NCBI RefSeq assembly: GCF_009834535.1
Contig: NC_045696.1
Location: 7,876,001-7,940,000 of the forward strand
Length of the DNA: 64,000 bases
Origin: Camelus ferus
Lineage: Eukaryota
Direction of reading: 5' to 3'
Made by a program: the position numbers and the translations under genes
The notes under the pieces: model-generated
Seen by the model: the letters and a program-made list of their open reading frames with translations, nothing else
What the model was told of the DNA's origin: nothing
The model's database searches: none
Part shown: positions 39,141 to 51,985 of the stretch, piece after piece
How the letters are laid out: the number at the start of each line of letters is the position of its first letter
Numbering within the stretch: position 1 is the stretch's first letter

Positions 39141-39778
39141 TTACCTTATGATCCAGCAATCCCACTCCTGGGCATATATCCAGGGGGAACTCTAATCCAA
39201 AAAGAGACATGCACACCAACGTTCATAGCAGTACTATTTACAATAGCCAAACATGGAAACAACCTAAATGTCCATCAATAGATGATTAGATAAAGAAGAT
39301 GTAGTATATGTACACAATGGAATACTACTCAGCCATAAAAAGAATGAAATAATGCCATTTGCAGCAACAAGGAAAGACCTAGAGATCGTCATTCTAAGTG
39401 AAGTAAGCTGGAAAGAGAAAGACAAATGCCATATGATATCATTTATATGTGGAATCTAAAAAAAATGACACAAATGAACTTACTTATAAAATGAAAACAG
39501 ACACAGATACAGAAAACAAATTCATGGTTATCAGGGAGGAAGGAGGGGGAGGGATAAATTGGGAGTGTGGGATTTGCAGATACATATATAAAACAGATGA
39601 ACAACAAAGTCCTACTGAATAGCATAGGGAACTATCTTCAATAGCTTGTAGTAACCTATAATGAAAAAGGATGTATGTGCGTGTGTGTGTGTGTGTGTGT
39701 GTATAACTGAATCACCATGCTATATACCACAGACTAACCTAACATTATAAACTGACTAAACTTCAATTAAAAAAAAAA
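39141..39778 (+). mobile_element. 5'-truncated L1 (ORF2 tip, 3' UTR, poly-A)
   Basis: ttaccttatgatccagcaatcccactcctgggcatatatcc...atggaatactactcagccataaaa...cttcaattaaaaaaaaaa. Confidence 0.95.
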
Positions 39779-42700
39779 TTAACATCATGCCTTGCACCAA
39801 CCTCTAGGTAACATTAACTCAAAAAACAAACAAAAAACCTTCCTCCCGATGTTTACAAGAGCGCCCCCTCTCTACTGGTTCATTCTTCAAGGCTCTGTCA
39901 GCCATCAGCCGTGCTGGGGGCTCTCCCTGCCCCCTACCTGTCAGAATCCTTCATTCCCTCCCTCTCTGTAACCTACACTTGTATCTGTTAGCTCTTGGAT
40001 TTCACTTACTTAAGTCTTTATCGTCATGGCTTCCCTTACTTATAATGACCCTAACCCTAACCCAATCAATATTCATTTCTATGCTGCCTCCTCTACCTAA
40101 CTACTCTGAATACTAGGAAGACATTTCTGTTTATTAACCTACCCTGCATCCATGTGCAAGGTCTGCACACAGTAGGTGCTTGTAAAGGCTGGCGGACCTG
40201 CCCGAGGCAGGGCGCATAAGCTCATGGGAGGAAACCGCCCCCTAAGGTAAGGGAGGAAGAAAGCAGGGTTGCCCCAGATCCTCCTGTGGCCGGGATTGCC
40301 ATGCAGGGCAAGGTACAGGTGTCTTACAGCCCTAACACACTTTCTCATCAGGGAGACTGGAGGCTGCTTCTTTGTTTGCAAAACAGAGCCTGTGGCTGAA
40401 ATGGAGCCTGCGAACCCATTCCCACCATGCTTCTGCTCCTGTTAAAAATAAACCCAACTCAATCTATGAGGGTTTTTTTAAATATAAAAAAAAAATGCAC
40501 CTCCCTCCAAACCTGCCTTTGAGCTAAAACCTGATGCAAAAACTTAATCTTTAACTGAAATGCAGGGTGAAGCATAAACTAATCATAGCAATGCTAACCT
40601 TTTTAATCATCCTATCAAAACCCACTTCCCTGGGAGTCACCCCTCCCCCCCAAAGTATCTATTATGAGGGGGTGAGGGACAGAGTTAGCCGGCATTGCTC
40701 TGACACTAACAAAATCTCAAACTATGTAGCAGTATCCTGCTCTGCACAAAACATTTCTTTAACTCCATTTATTTATTTCATGTCAGGCAATGCTATTTTT
40801 TTAGACTAACAAATATAAAAAGAAATATATTATGGGAAATGTTCTACATCTCATATTTCATATATCAGGTGATAGGAGTTTTTCAGATTAACAAATACAA
40901 ATAACTGATAAGGGGAAATATTGTGGAAAAACCTCTGTAGCTGCTCATTCCTTGGAACCTCATGCAAGTTACCAAGGAAGACTGTGATTAAAGGGGTGCA
41001 TTTATGGGACAAGGATTTGAATTTTTTGCCTGCAGGGGAGGTGGGAATGAAATGAAAAAGCAAGCTGCGAGTTCTCTGCCTGTTAGAAACCACCATTAGA
41101 CGTAAGTACAGATTGGGGAGGTTTTTTTTTCGGTTTAAGAAAACCTTTGTATGAAAAGGTACATCCTTTCAAACTTGATTAATATGTCTTGCCTGTAGCT
41201 TTCTGCTCAAATTATTTGTAATTCTAGTGAGGAGGAAGCATTTCTTTCTAGCCAAAACAGCCGTTTGGATGAATACAAATGAGTTTATAAAAGGCTTGAG
41301 TTACTAGCGGGGTAAGCTCGGGGCAGGTGACCTTCTTGGTGGAGTTCTGTTGCTGAACGCTGCTCTCGGCCGCGGCCTGGCCTGCGTTCTGCTTGGGCTC
41401 GGTGGATAGAGGGCCATGGCAAGGTTGAGGCTCACTCTGCGGATTCTGTGTCTGGTGGAGATGGGGGAGAGGAGGCGAGAGGAAGCTGTTTCCAGAACTT
41501 TCCGTTGCATCCAGAACCTTTTGCTGCCTCCAATATGCAGATTATTTCGCTGAACAAAATCGATTTGCCAGCAGCCAACCTGGGGCCCAGGGTGAAACAC
41601 TCATGCCTAGGACAGGATAGGGACGGATGCTCCCTGCATGGATGGACAGCTCAGGGGACCCACATTCTTTGGGGTCAACTGGTGGAGGAAAGAACCCCAG
41701 CCCAGCCCCTTAGCTCTGCCCTCCAGTGAGAACACGGCAGAAAGAGACCAGCAGCCAGCCCAATGGGAAGAGCAGAAACTGGGCAGTAACTGAGTTGCCT
41801 TCTTTCTGAGAAGGAAAAGGTTGGAATGTTCCAGAAAGAAGAGTTGCCTAGCACTTGGCTTCCCCAGTGCAAAGAGGCTGAAAGCTTAAAATCAGATTTG
41901 TGGGTTCAAATCCCATTCAAGCTGTAGGACCCGGGCAGGTTAGTTTCCTCTCCAGCCTCCCTTGTCTTGACTGGAAAATGATGGTAATACTAGCACTTGC
42001 CCCAAAGGACAACGGTGGCAGTTACGTGACTTACATGTGGGACACTCTTCCCCTACTGCCTGGCACCTGTTAAAGATGGAAGAAGCGTTCGTTTTAATTA
42101 TGTACTCTTTACTAATAAGGTTATCATTGTCACTTACTCATCTTTAACTATAATCAAAGCGGGCGATAGCTAAAAAATTTACCTCCATGGGCGAGGTGAG
42201 AAATTGAAAACCAAGGCTGATCTTAGAGTATTGACAACATAGTGTCAAGCAGTGAAGAGTAATAATTAATATTTTAAAAAGAAAGAAATTTTAAGCAACT
42301 TTGGACAAGTTTGAGTCAGTCTAGATGATAAAATTGGACTTTTTCCCACTAATTTTTGCCCCCCTCAGCTCTGCGTTAGACCAACGTCTAGAAGGGACAT
42401 CCCAGGATGTGACCAAAACCAGACGTCTGAGGACCCCTTCTAAAACCTGAGGTCAAATGTTTTAAGCAGCAAAAATAAGTCCACCCACCCGTGAATAACA
42501 GAAAAATAAGCAATGAGGGAAAAAAAGAAGAAATTAGGAAATAAAATTTCGGTGTCCTGGTAAATGCCTGAACAATGACGATTCCCTTTTCCTGCCAAAC
42601 ACGGTGCACTGTTGTTTCTCCTATTTTCTCCCTAGAGGGTTAAGAAATTATTGCATGATAAGTCATTTATCTTTAGTGCAGGTATGACAAGGATATAACC

Positions 42701-43743
42701 ACATATTATCCCAAAATGGGGAATTCATGTCACATTATTTTCCATCTGTGAGTAATAGACGGGAAATGGGAAATGTCGCTACGAGGCTGGCCGGCCATCT
42801 GGTCAAAGCTGCCCTGTGAATACAGCAGCCGATCTACATGGAAATATTAAAGCAACAAAGTCGGAATCTGTTTTGCTTCTCCAGGGAACTTCAGTTCATG
42901 CATGGAAGGAAGGCAATAAAGTCCAATTATTCTGGACGGGGCTACACAAGGCGTATGAAAATTATCTCATGGAGGGTAACTCTAAAGCTAAGTATTTTTT
43001 AAAATAGCCATCAGTCACTCCAAGTAACAAAATCAAACAAACTGATCAATCTCTGAGGAACTACCCATTAATCAAAAGATGGTGGTGAGAGGTTGGCAAT
43101 TTTTCATTATTCCACGTGTAATATTTTAAATCTGACATGCTGACGGGGTGGTCCGAAAAGACGAAATTGTCGCGTCTGAAAGGAAGGACAGTTCAGCCTT
43201 GTGAGTCGGACCAGTCTGGGGATGGCCCAGCTAACTCAGATCCCCGAGTCTTCCTTCTAAATTATTTGCTCTCCTCTTACGGGGCGGGGTTGGGGGGTGG
43301 GTGCATGGTGCCTGGAGTTGACATTGACACTAATAAGAGGCTCTTACTAGGGAGCGTGACCAGAACTCTGGGGAAGCCCAGGGCTTCTCAGGTGGTCCTC
43401 AGAGCCAGAGTTTTGCCCATCAACGTCCCACGCCTCAGGGGGTTGGCTCACTGCCCCACCGTACAGGGAAGGAGCCCATCTGTGGTGCTGAGACATCCTA
43501 CGCCTCGCAGAGGGGCTGCCTGCCTTAGTGGAATGGACTGTGTCATTCTGTAGGTGATGGGAAGACCCAGAGGAGACATCAGTTACAACCAGACCGGAGT
43601 GAAATCTGTCTCAGGTGTCGCTGCCCAGGTCAATGTTGCAAGTGTGATGTGCCGGTATTGCCTGGCAGGACTGAAAGTTGATTTGTTTCTTATTTTTAAT
43701 ATTATAGGCTATTTGCACTTAAAATTTTTTAAATCTCTAAGTT

Positions 43744-44067
43744 TTTTAAAATGGAAGTATAGTTGATTTACAATGTTGCATTAGTTTCTGGTGTAGAGCA
43801 TAGTGACTTAGTTATACATATATAATCTTTTTCATTATAGGTCATTACAAGCTATTGAATACAGTTCCCTCTGCTGTACAGTAGGACCTTGTTTATTTTA
43901 TATATAATAGTATCTGCTAATCTCAAACTCCTAATTTATCCTCTTCCCACCTCCCCCTTTGGTCCCCTTTGTTTTCTATGTCTGTCAGTCTGTCCCTATT
44001 TTGTAAATAAGTTCATTTGTGTCATTTTTTTCGGATTCCACGTATAAATGATATTATATGGTATTTG
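43744..44067 (-). mobile_element. Short 5'-truncated L1 3' UTR with 10-bp TSD
   Basis: gaagtatagttgatttacaatgttg. TCTCTAAGTT at 43734-43743 and 44068-44077. Confidence 0.9.
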
Positions 44068-44246
44068 TCTCTAAGTTGATTTGAATGAATACACTTAACA
44101 AATAATAATAAAGTCCTTACCTCAGTGAAGACACGAGCATCCCAACAGGTCCTGCTGGGCTTTCAAATCCCTGAGGCTTTGGCTGAGCTAGTCCATGCCT
44201 CTGGGGCTCAGCTGCATCGTCTGTGAAATGAGAATGAACACTAGGT

Positions 44247-44467
44247 CAGGGGGTGGCAAGCTATGACTGTGGGCCATACCCGGCCCCCCGCCTGTCTCTA
44301 TAAATAAAGTTTTATTGGAACACGGCCATACCATTGGCCTCTGGGCCATCACGGCTGCATTCACACAACAGGAGCAGAGTGGAGCAGTTGTGACAGAGAC
44401 TGTGTGGTCAGCAAGGGCTAAAATATTTACTGTCTGGCCCTTTACAGGAAGAGTTTGTTGGCCCCTG
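44247..44467. mobile_element. MER58A inserted in a MIR
   Basis: Termini CAGGGG...CCCCTG with degenerate 8-bp TSD cactaggt/atctaggt. MIR-like sequence lies on both sides (ctcagctgcatcgtctgtgaaatgag; ccttccagctctg). Confidence 0.9.
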
Positions 44468-44734
44468 ATCTAGGTGATCCCTGTCTAGGCTCCTTCCAGC
44501 TCTGCAGTCTGGGATTCTGGGAAGAAGGAAAGAATCAGAGGCCTTTGGATACCTGAGTGGAAGGGACAACACTGACTCAAGGAGAGGTCAGAAGGGGAGG
44601 CTGGATAGGCCCAAATAAATGTACCTCTTCCCTCATGGTTCCCCTTCCCTCTAGCCCAGAGGCCATGCTTTGGGAGCCCCCAGTGGAAGTGTGGGGGCCA
44701 GGGAGGGGCCCCAGCTCATGGTTTTGTGGGGTTT

Positions 44735-45545
44735 TTTGTATATACATATTTTTATTGAAGTCTAGTCAGTTTACAATGTTGTGTCAATTTCTGGTGTACA
44801 GCATAATAGTTCAGTCACACATGTACATACGTATATTCCTTTTCATATTCTTTTTCATTGTAAGTTACTACAAGATACTGAATAGAGTTCCCTGTGCTAC
44901 ACAGCATGAACTTGTTATTTATCTATTTTATATGTATCAGTTAGTATCTGCAAATCTCTAACTCCCAATTTACCCCCCCCCCACTCCACTTCCTGGTAAC
45001 CACAAGTTTGTTCTCTATGTCTGAGAGTCTGTTCATGTTTTGCAAGTAAGTTTGTTTGTTTATTTGTTTTTAGATTCCACATATAAGTGATATCATGTGG
45101 TATTTTTCTTTCTCTTTCTGGCTAATTTCACTTAGAATGGCAATCTCCAGGACCATCCATGTTGCTGCAAGTGGCATTATTTTATTCTTTTTTGTGGCTG
45201 AGTAGTATTCCATTGTATAAATATACCACAACTTCTTTATCCAGTCATCTGTCGATGGACATTTAGGTTGTTTCCATGTCTTGGCTATTATAAATAGTGC
45301 TGCTACCAACATTGGGTTGCATGTATCTTTTTGAATTAAGGTTCTCTTTGGATATATGCCCAGAAGTGGGATTGCTGAATCATATGGCAAGTCTGTTTTT
45401 AGTCTTAAGGAGGACTCTCCATACTGTTTTTCATAACGACTGCACCAAACTGCATTCCCACTAACAGTGTAGGAGGATTCCCTTGTCTTCACAGCCTCTC
45501 CAGCATTTATCATTTGTGGACTTTTGAATGATGGCTATTCCGACA
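44735..45545 (-). mobile_element. 5'-truncated L1 (ORF2 C-terminus and 3' UTR)
   Basis: ORF 45070..45513(-) LPYDSAIPLLGIYP...[33 protein letters not shown]...YHMISLICGI* is the ORF2 C-terminus. Confidence 0.95.
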
Positions 45546-48500
45546 ACCCTTTAGCAGTGGACAATTCCCAGTAAGGAAATTGATGATGCCAGGGCCTCCT
45601 CACACCTCCCAAAGGCCTGACCTTCCGCATGCAGGACAGTGTGTAGCTGGGGTCAGATCTGGTAGGTGTCGCTTCATCGGAAGGGTCTGATGCCGCCCGG
45701 AGGACATCTACTCTCTCTGTTTTGCTCCGGACATCCCACATATGGCTGCCAGACCTGTCCCACCCTTCACAGCCTGTCACCCGCCTGCTCATTTGAAGCC
45801 TCTGCCAAATTTGCAAAGTCCCCCTCATCTGGCCTCCCCATGCTGGCCCCTCTGTCATCACCCGCTTTCTCTGTCTTGGCCTGGGGGCTCCTTGCCATCC
45901 TCTGACCACCCTCAGCACCCCCGCCCTGAACACCGAGCTGTGCCCCCAGCCCCAGAACCTCCTCTTTCCCCTGGCCCTTAGCTTAGATGTCTTTACCCCT
46001 TAAGACTCAGCTTGGTGTTCACCTCCTCCAAGAAGCCTGCCAGTCTCTTTGACAGCTCTCCACAGACTGGCAGCTACTGGTTCTGTGCACTTCAGTTCGG
46101 TCTCCAGGAACATCCACATGCCCTTGATGTCAGGGTCTCCAGCTCATATTTTTCTTAGGGTCACCAGATTGGGCTTTGACTAGGGAGTCCTCAGTTAATT
46201 GATTATAGAGTGGTTTGGCCCACCATGCAGAGGAGGGCATTGGCATTTGTTCTCTGTGGGAGACAGCTGACCAGCCTATTTCACAGAGCTCCTGCATTGG
46301 GATAGAGGGTCTGCTCAGCTGTGTAAAGGTCCACAGAGCAGCTTCGTGGGCAGCATAGGGCGAAGAAGTTTCTCAAGGGCCCAGAATTCGGAGGGCGAGA
46401 GTCCAGGTGGCCCAGCAGCCGAGGGACGGCCAAAGCAGAAAGCACCTTGCATGTGTGCCTTGTGTCCCCAGCATGCACCAGAACGACCTGAGAAAGATAG
46501 GCATCTCTGGATCCTCACTCACCTCAGGTGCCCATCCCAGTCATGCCATGGTCACACCTGGTGCAGAAGACATAGGATATCCCCACATAGGTCCTGTTTC
46601 CCACCCTACCAAGTGCCCAGTCGTCCTGCCAGAAAGTGGCCAGTGGCTGGGTCTAAACATGACATTTGAACCCCAAGTGGCTGCATTTGCCCTAGTGGGC
46701 CAGGGTCCAGCAGGTTCTGGATATATGACCCTGGCTATCGCGTGGCACCGCACAGACTGCTCCCCGGGTTAGTTCTAGGCCTCCACCATGGTCATATGAA
46801 GCCTCCCTTGAAGGGACAGGAGCCTAATTCTCACTGTAACTGACTCCCCTGTTTCCCTCGTGCTTGTTATACTCCTAGGCAGATGAACACTGCCAACAGC
46901 TAGCACTGCTGAGGGGTGGGATGGACGTACAAGAGGGCTTCCCGTGCGCGTGGTGGGCAGCCAGGCCCTGGTGTTGAGGTCACACGTCGTGTTGCTGCTC
47001 CATTGTCCTGTACGTACGTAATGCTCTGGGGGCCACAGGACTGGAGCTTCTCAGAGCAGGTGCGCAACAGATGGCGACGCCCCTTAACACTTGCCATTTG
47101 GGACGGTGCCTAATCCACTTTCCACCTAAACTGGGGCATTTCCTTGATTATTTTCCAAATAATTAAAGTTTAAGTCTTAAGTGCAATCCCTTGTTTGCAA
47201 AAGTTTGGGTGAACGCAGGTCATCTAAACAATTTAGCTTAAGAATGTTCCTTTTGGCGTGCACAGGTGCACACGTGAGCGCACGCGCACACACACACACA
47301 CACCGTTTGTCTGTGTCTGAAGTTTCAGGAGATGGATCTGTGCTTTCCAAAAGCTGGTTTCCCACAAGATGTGCAGGAAACCAACCAAGGATTTGAAGCC
47401 GTCTGTTTGCTCCTCACAAAGGCAATCAAAAGAAATACATACAGAGGGTGGTGGAGACGGTGGCCCGCGTGTGTGGGGGAGGGAGGTACTGGGTGTGCTC
47501 ACGCTCACTCCTTGCTCCCTGGAGCTGGGAGGGTGGAAGCATCAGGTAAGGAGAGGTTACACTCAGGGCAGTGAGTGACTCTGGACAGAACAGGATGGGG
47601 AGGGGGTGGTCCACACCGAGTGCCCTGGTTGGTCTCAGGCTCGGTCTCTGCAGTGACTCGGGTGTCTCCCTGCACCATCTCACATGTACCTACATCTCCT
47701 CTCTCCCTTTCCCTGACCAAACTCCTCTGCTCCCAGGAAGGACCACGTGTGAACACCAGGGGTCTGTGGCCAGTGATGCCAGGGCAGTAGAGGCGAGGTC
47801 CTCGCTGCTCATGACCTAGTCACCGTGACGGACGTATTCACCCTTTGTCAGGGACCAGATGACTGACATAGAATGGGAAGAAGTCACCTTGGGGTCAAAG
47901 CTACATTCCTTCAAACTTACCTTGAGCACAAAAGGCCAATGTTTGCAAAAGAGAAAAATGTCAATACTTTCTTTCCAATTTGAAATTGTGGTTTGTAATT
48001 TATGTGTTGAACTCCGGGGGACAGAAGCATCTTCTGGCACCGTTCTCGGGTTACCCTCCCCCGCGCATCTGCATCCTGTTCTCTGGAAGGGACCATATAT
48101 CAAGCATCCTCCAGATGCCGTCGCCTCAAGCTGGTGGAATCCAGGGCAGCCGGAACGGGCAGGGCTGCGCTTCTGTCTCCAGAGGGGCTGGGGTGGGGGC
48201 CGAGGGAGCTTTGGGCTTGGCTCCTCCTGCCTCTTGCTTTTGCTGGCCTGGGGGCAGGAATATCTGCAACCACCCCCACCTCGACCCCCGCCATCCTGGG
48301 GAGCGCTCAGTGTCTCCCAGAGTTAATAAGTGAGGACAGGAGGGTCCTGTGTGCCAAGCCAGGACGCACAATTTGGGTTTGAGTCCCTCCCATGCGGCTC
48401 TGACGTGCTTTATTTCAAGACAGGCTCTGAGCCCGCCAGGGTAATCACACGTATTCTCGTAGAAAGTGCCGTCTGGAATTGGAGAAAAGAAAGGCCAGGC

Positions 48501-50011
48501 CGACTGAGCGTGGGGTGTGGCTGCCTTGATTATATTGGACGTGAAAAGAAGATGAATTTTGTAATAAGCATAGGTGCCAGCAGGCCTGCTATGATCTCAG
48601 TTTGGGAATCAGTTTATCCACAAAGATTTTGCTGGGAGGTGCAGGTCTTTATTTTTAAAGTTAAGGCATGAATAAATTTCCTCTAATCACTTGATAGGTA
48701 TTTTTTAGCTGACATTTTGCCATTGATAGAAAATTCTAAAGCCTAAGAGCTTTAAAAACACTGAATTTTCTCCAACATGATTTTTAGCTGGGAAATCATG
48801 ACAAGGCGGTTGGTTCCCTTGAGAAGTCCGGGGCGGGGAGCTGGGAGGGCGGACGCATTCCTGAGTCCTTACCCTGCTGCCCCCCATCAGCTGGTGGGGG
48901 GCCCCAGCCCAGCACTAGCTCTCTCGGCATCATTGCATCATCGGGACTGAGCCCCCTCTCCAGTCTGCATTCCAGCCCCCACCCCCAGCAGTGACCACCA
49001 GCTTTGGGTCTTACTGCTTGGCTCCCAAGACATCTGCCCACACAGATGCACCTCAGATGCGTAGAAGATTATTTCCTTGGCCCCCAAAATTCCAAGCCAT
49101 CTACAGGACTCGATTTCAGGATTTTCTTGGAATGTTGTGAAAATCGGCGTCTTGGCCATGGGAACATTCAGAAGTAGAGGTTTGTGTGGCTCCAGTTACA
49201 AGACTGTCTGAGCAATGATTTCAGTACTAAATTTCTGTACTTCGGGCAGGCAGGCCACTCTGCCCTCCTCTCCTGTGTATCAATGACTGGGAAAGGTGGA
49301 AACCACCTTTAGAAAATGTCCCAGCCGCCCCTACCTTTGCTCTCCTCCTCATTCTGCATTCTTCTCTGAGTAGGTACCTGACGGGGCCGTGTGATACCTC
49401 CTGCCTCTCTGGGAGCCCGCCGCCGGCCACATCCACCGGGTAACTCAGACACTGCCAGGAGCTGGATGGCCTGGCAGTTTAAGAAGAAGCTGATCTTTAC
49501 AAAACAGCCTCCACTTTCAGACACTTTGTGGTCATAGCCAGGTTTTTAAATCTTGGATACTTAGCGCCTATCCAAAAAAAAAAAAAAAAAAAAGTGGATT
49601 TTTTTTTTCTCTGAAATGACAGCTTTTGGGGAAAACCTGGCTTTTCCCCAAACCACTGCCACACTGGGCCTTCTGCTCAGTGTGGCTCGAAAATTGAAGT
49701 GAGCAGCTGCTCAGGCTGCAGCGTCTGACCTCCCACCATCCTGCCAGAGTCACTCTGCAAATCAGTGAGCCTGGTCCATGGGGAGAGCCAAAAAGAGGGC
49801 AGGGTTGTAGGAAACACACTGGCCCCCTCCTGCCAAGCGTCTTCTAAAAATGGACAACTTGTTTTCTGTCCCCTGCAGGTGCCACGGGAGGGCCCCTGTG
49901 ATGTCACATGAATGGGTGGAGGGTGGGGTGAAGGGTGGGCTGGAAAGAGATACTTTGCTTGCGTCATGGTGGCTTCTGGTGGATTGTTAGGAAGTGTGTG
50001 GGGTCTGCAGC

Positions 50012-50475
50012 TGTTGTGGGATGGATTGTGTCCCCCTGCCACCAAAGAGATGTTCAAGTCTTCATCCCTGAAACCTGCTAATGTGACCTTATTTGGTAAC
50101 AGGGTCTGTGCAGACATAATTAAGTTAAAATGAGGACGCGCCAGAGTAGGGTGGGTGCTGATCCACTGACTGGGATCCTTCTAAGAAGAAAGAAATTTCA
50201 ACACACAGACACACGGAGGGAAGACAGCCACGTGAAGACGGAAGCAGACGTTGGAGTGACTTGTCTGCCAGCTAAGGAATGCCAAGGCTTACTGACAACC
50301 ACCAGGAGCTGGAAGAGGCAAGGAAGGAGCCTCCCCTACAGCCTTGGGAGGGAGCGTGCCCCTGCTGACATCCTGACCTCAGATCTCCAGCCTCCAGAAC
50401 TGTGAGCGGATAAACCACCATTTTAAGTCACTCAGTTTGTGGAAATGTGCGGTGGCAACCCTAGGAAGCTGACTG
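50012..50475 (+). mobile_element. MaLR LTR (MLT1C-like), near full length
   Basis: tgttgtgggatggattgtgtcccc...aatgtgaccttatttgg...gccacgtgaagacggaagcaga...ccagcctccagaactgtgag...ggcaaccctaggaagctgac. Confidence 0.9.
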
Positions 50476-51314
50476 CCATCTCTCATGCCCGTGGTTCTGA
50501 CAGCTGAATCACTTCCTCCTCTGACTCTGTACTCGGTGAACTCTGGTATAAGTACTGAACCGAGTGGTTGGAAGTAAGGGAGAAGCTACTACACCCCAGG
50601 TGAAAATGGGACGTGGAACCAGTGTGGCTATTCTCTTCCTTTTCAGCAGCTGAATTGGAAGAGTTCCTTGCAGTGGAAAGGTGGCAGAGTTGAGAGATCA
50701 GTCTTCGGACCCTTGTCTCTTGCTGGACTTGTGTGGGAAACCAGAGAAGCTTACGGTTTTTACTGATTGGGAGAGAAATAGACTGGAAGGGAAAAGGGAA
50801 ATGAAAATAAAAGTCGGTTTTGCTAGTGCCAAGGCTGGAGTGATCATCTCTTCCTGTGAGAAGCACTGCCCCAGGCCCTGCTTTGGACCCCTGTCAAGGG
50901 GCTTCTCAGTGCTGGTCTGGTATTAACAGTGCACCTGTCAGTCTTGTCTGGATGCATTTGGACAGAGACTATATCTTATCTTCCCCTTACCCTTGACTGC
51001 ATCTACCAAATGTGTCTCTGGTGTTCAGTTAAACACTTCATGGTTCAATTAAAGTCCTAGGATCAAGAGTGTGAGAAATTTTTTTTTAATCATTTGATAA
51101 GATGAAATTTGTAATTTCATCTCATTTTTTAAATTTAAAAAGTTTTGAAATTTGAAAAAGCGATGAAATTTGCAAAGTGCAGGACTAGGTAGACAGAAAG
51201 CCACTTTCCGACCAGAAACTGAGAAACTTGGGTAATAGTGTTAGTCAGAAACCACGCCCACGGGATGTCTGTGTGCGTGTGCATGTGCGTATGTGTATAC
51301 ACATCGAGAGAGAT

Positions 51315-51985
51315 TTTTTTAAATTGCGGTCAAAATCTATGCAACATAAAACATACCATTCTAACCATTTTTAAGTGTAGAATTCAGTGACACTAAGTAG
51401 CCATCACCGCTATCCATTTCCAGACTTTTCCGTCATCCCAGACAGAAACTCTGTACCCATTAAACAGTAACTTCCTGCTCCTCCCTCCCCCAGCCCCTGG
51501 CAACCACTACTGTACTTTTGGTCTCTATGGATTGGACAGTTTGAGGTACCTCCTATACGTGGAATCATACAGTATTTGTCTTCCGGTGACTGGCTTATTT
51601 CATTTAGTGTAACGTCTTCAAGGTTCATCCACGTTGTTGCATGTATCAGAACTTCATTCCTTTCTAACAGTCCATTGTTTGGGCAGAGCGCATTTTGCTG
51701 ATCCATCCATTGATGGATGGCTGCCTGGGTGGCTTCCACCTTTCGGCTGTTGTGAATAACGCTGCTGTGAACGTGGGTGCACACGTCTCTGTCTGCGTCC
51801 CTGCTGCCAGGCCTCTGGCGTGAGCATCCGGGAGTGGAACTGCTAGATCTGCTGTGTAATTTTTTTTGAGGACTCTCCATCCTCTTTTCCACAGAAGCTG
51901 TTATCACTTTACATTCCCACCAGCAATGCCCAAGGGTTCCAATTTCTCCACATCCCCACCAACATTTGTTTGCTGTTTTTTTTGT
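51315..51985 (-). mobile_element. Old LINE-1 (L1MB-like) 3' end
   Basis: aacataaaacataccattctaaccatttttaagtg...cagaaactctgtacccattaaaca. ORF 51410..51907(-) includes LIHATTWMNLEDVTLNEISQ..DKYCMIP. Confidence 0.9.

Noticed and set aside
40048..40063. Interstitial telomeric repeat (CCCTAA)
   Set aside because: Only about 2.5 units, compatible with chance or slippage.
45070..45513. 147-aa ORF as a gene
   Set aside because: It is the C-terminus of L1 ORF2 in a 5'-truncated copy, and its N-terminal part is out of frame.
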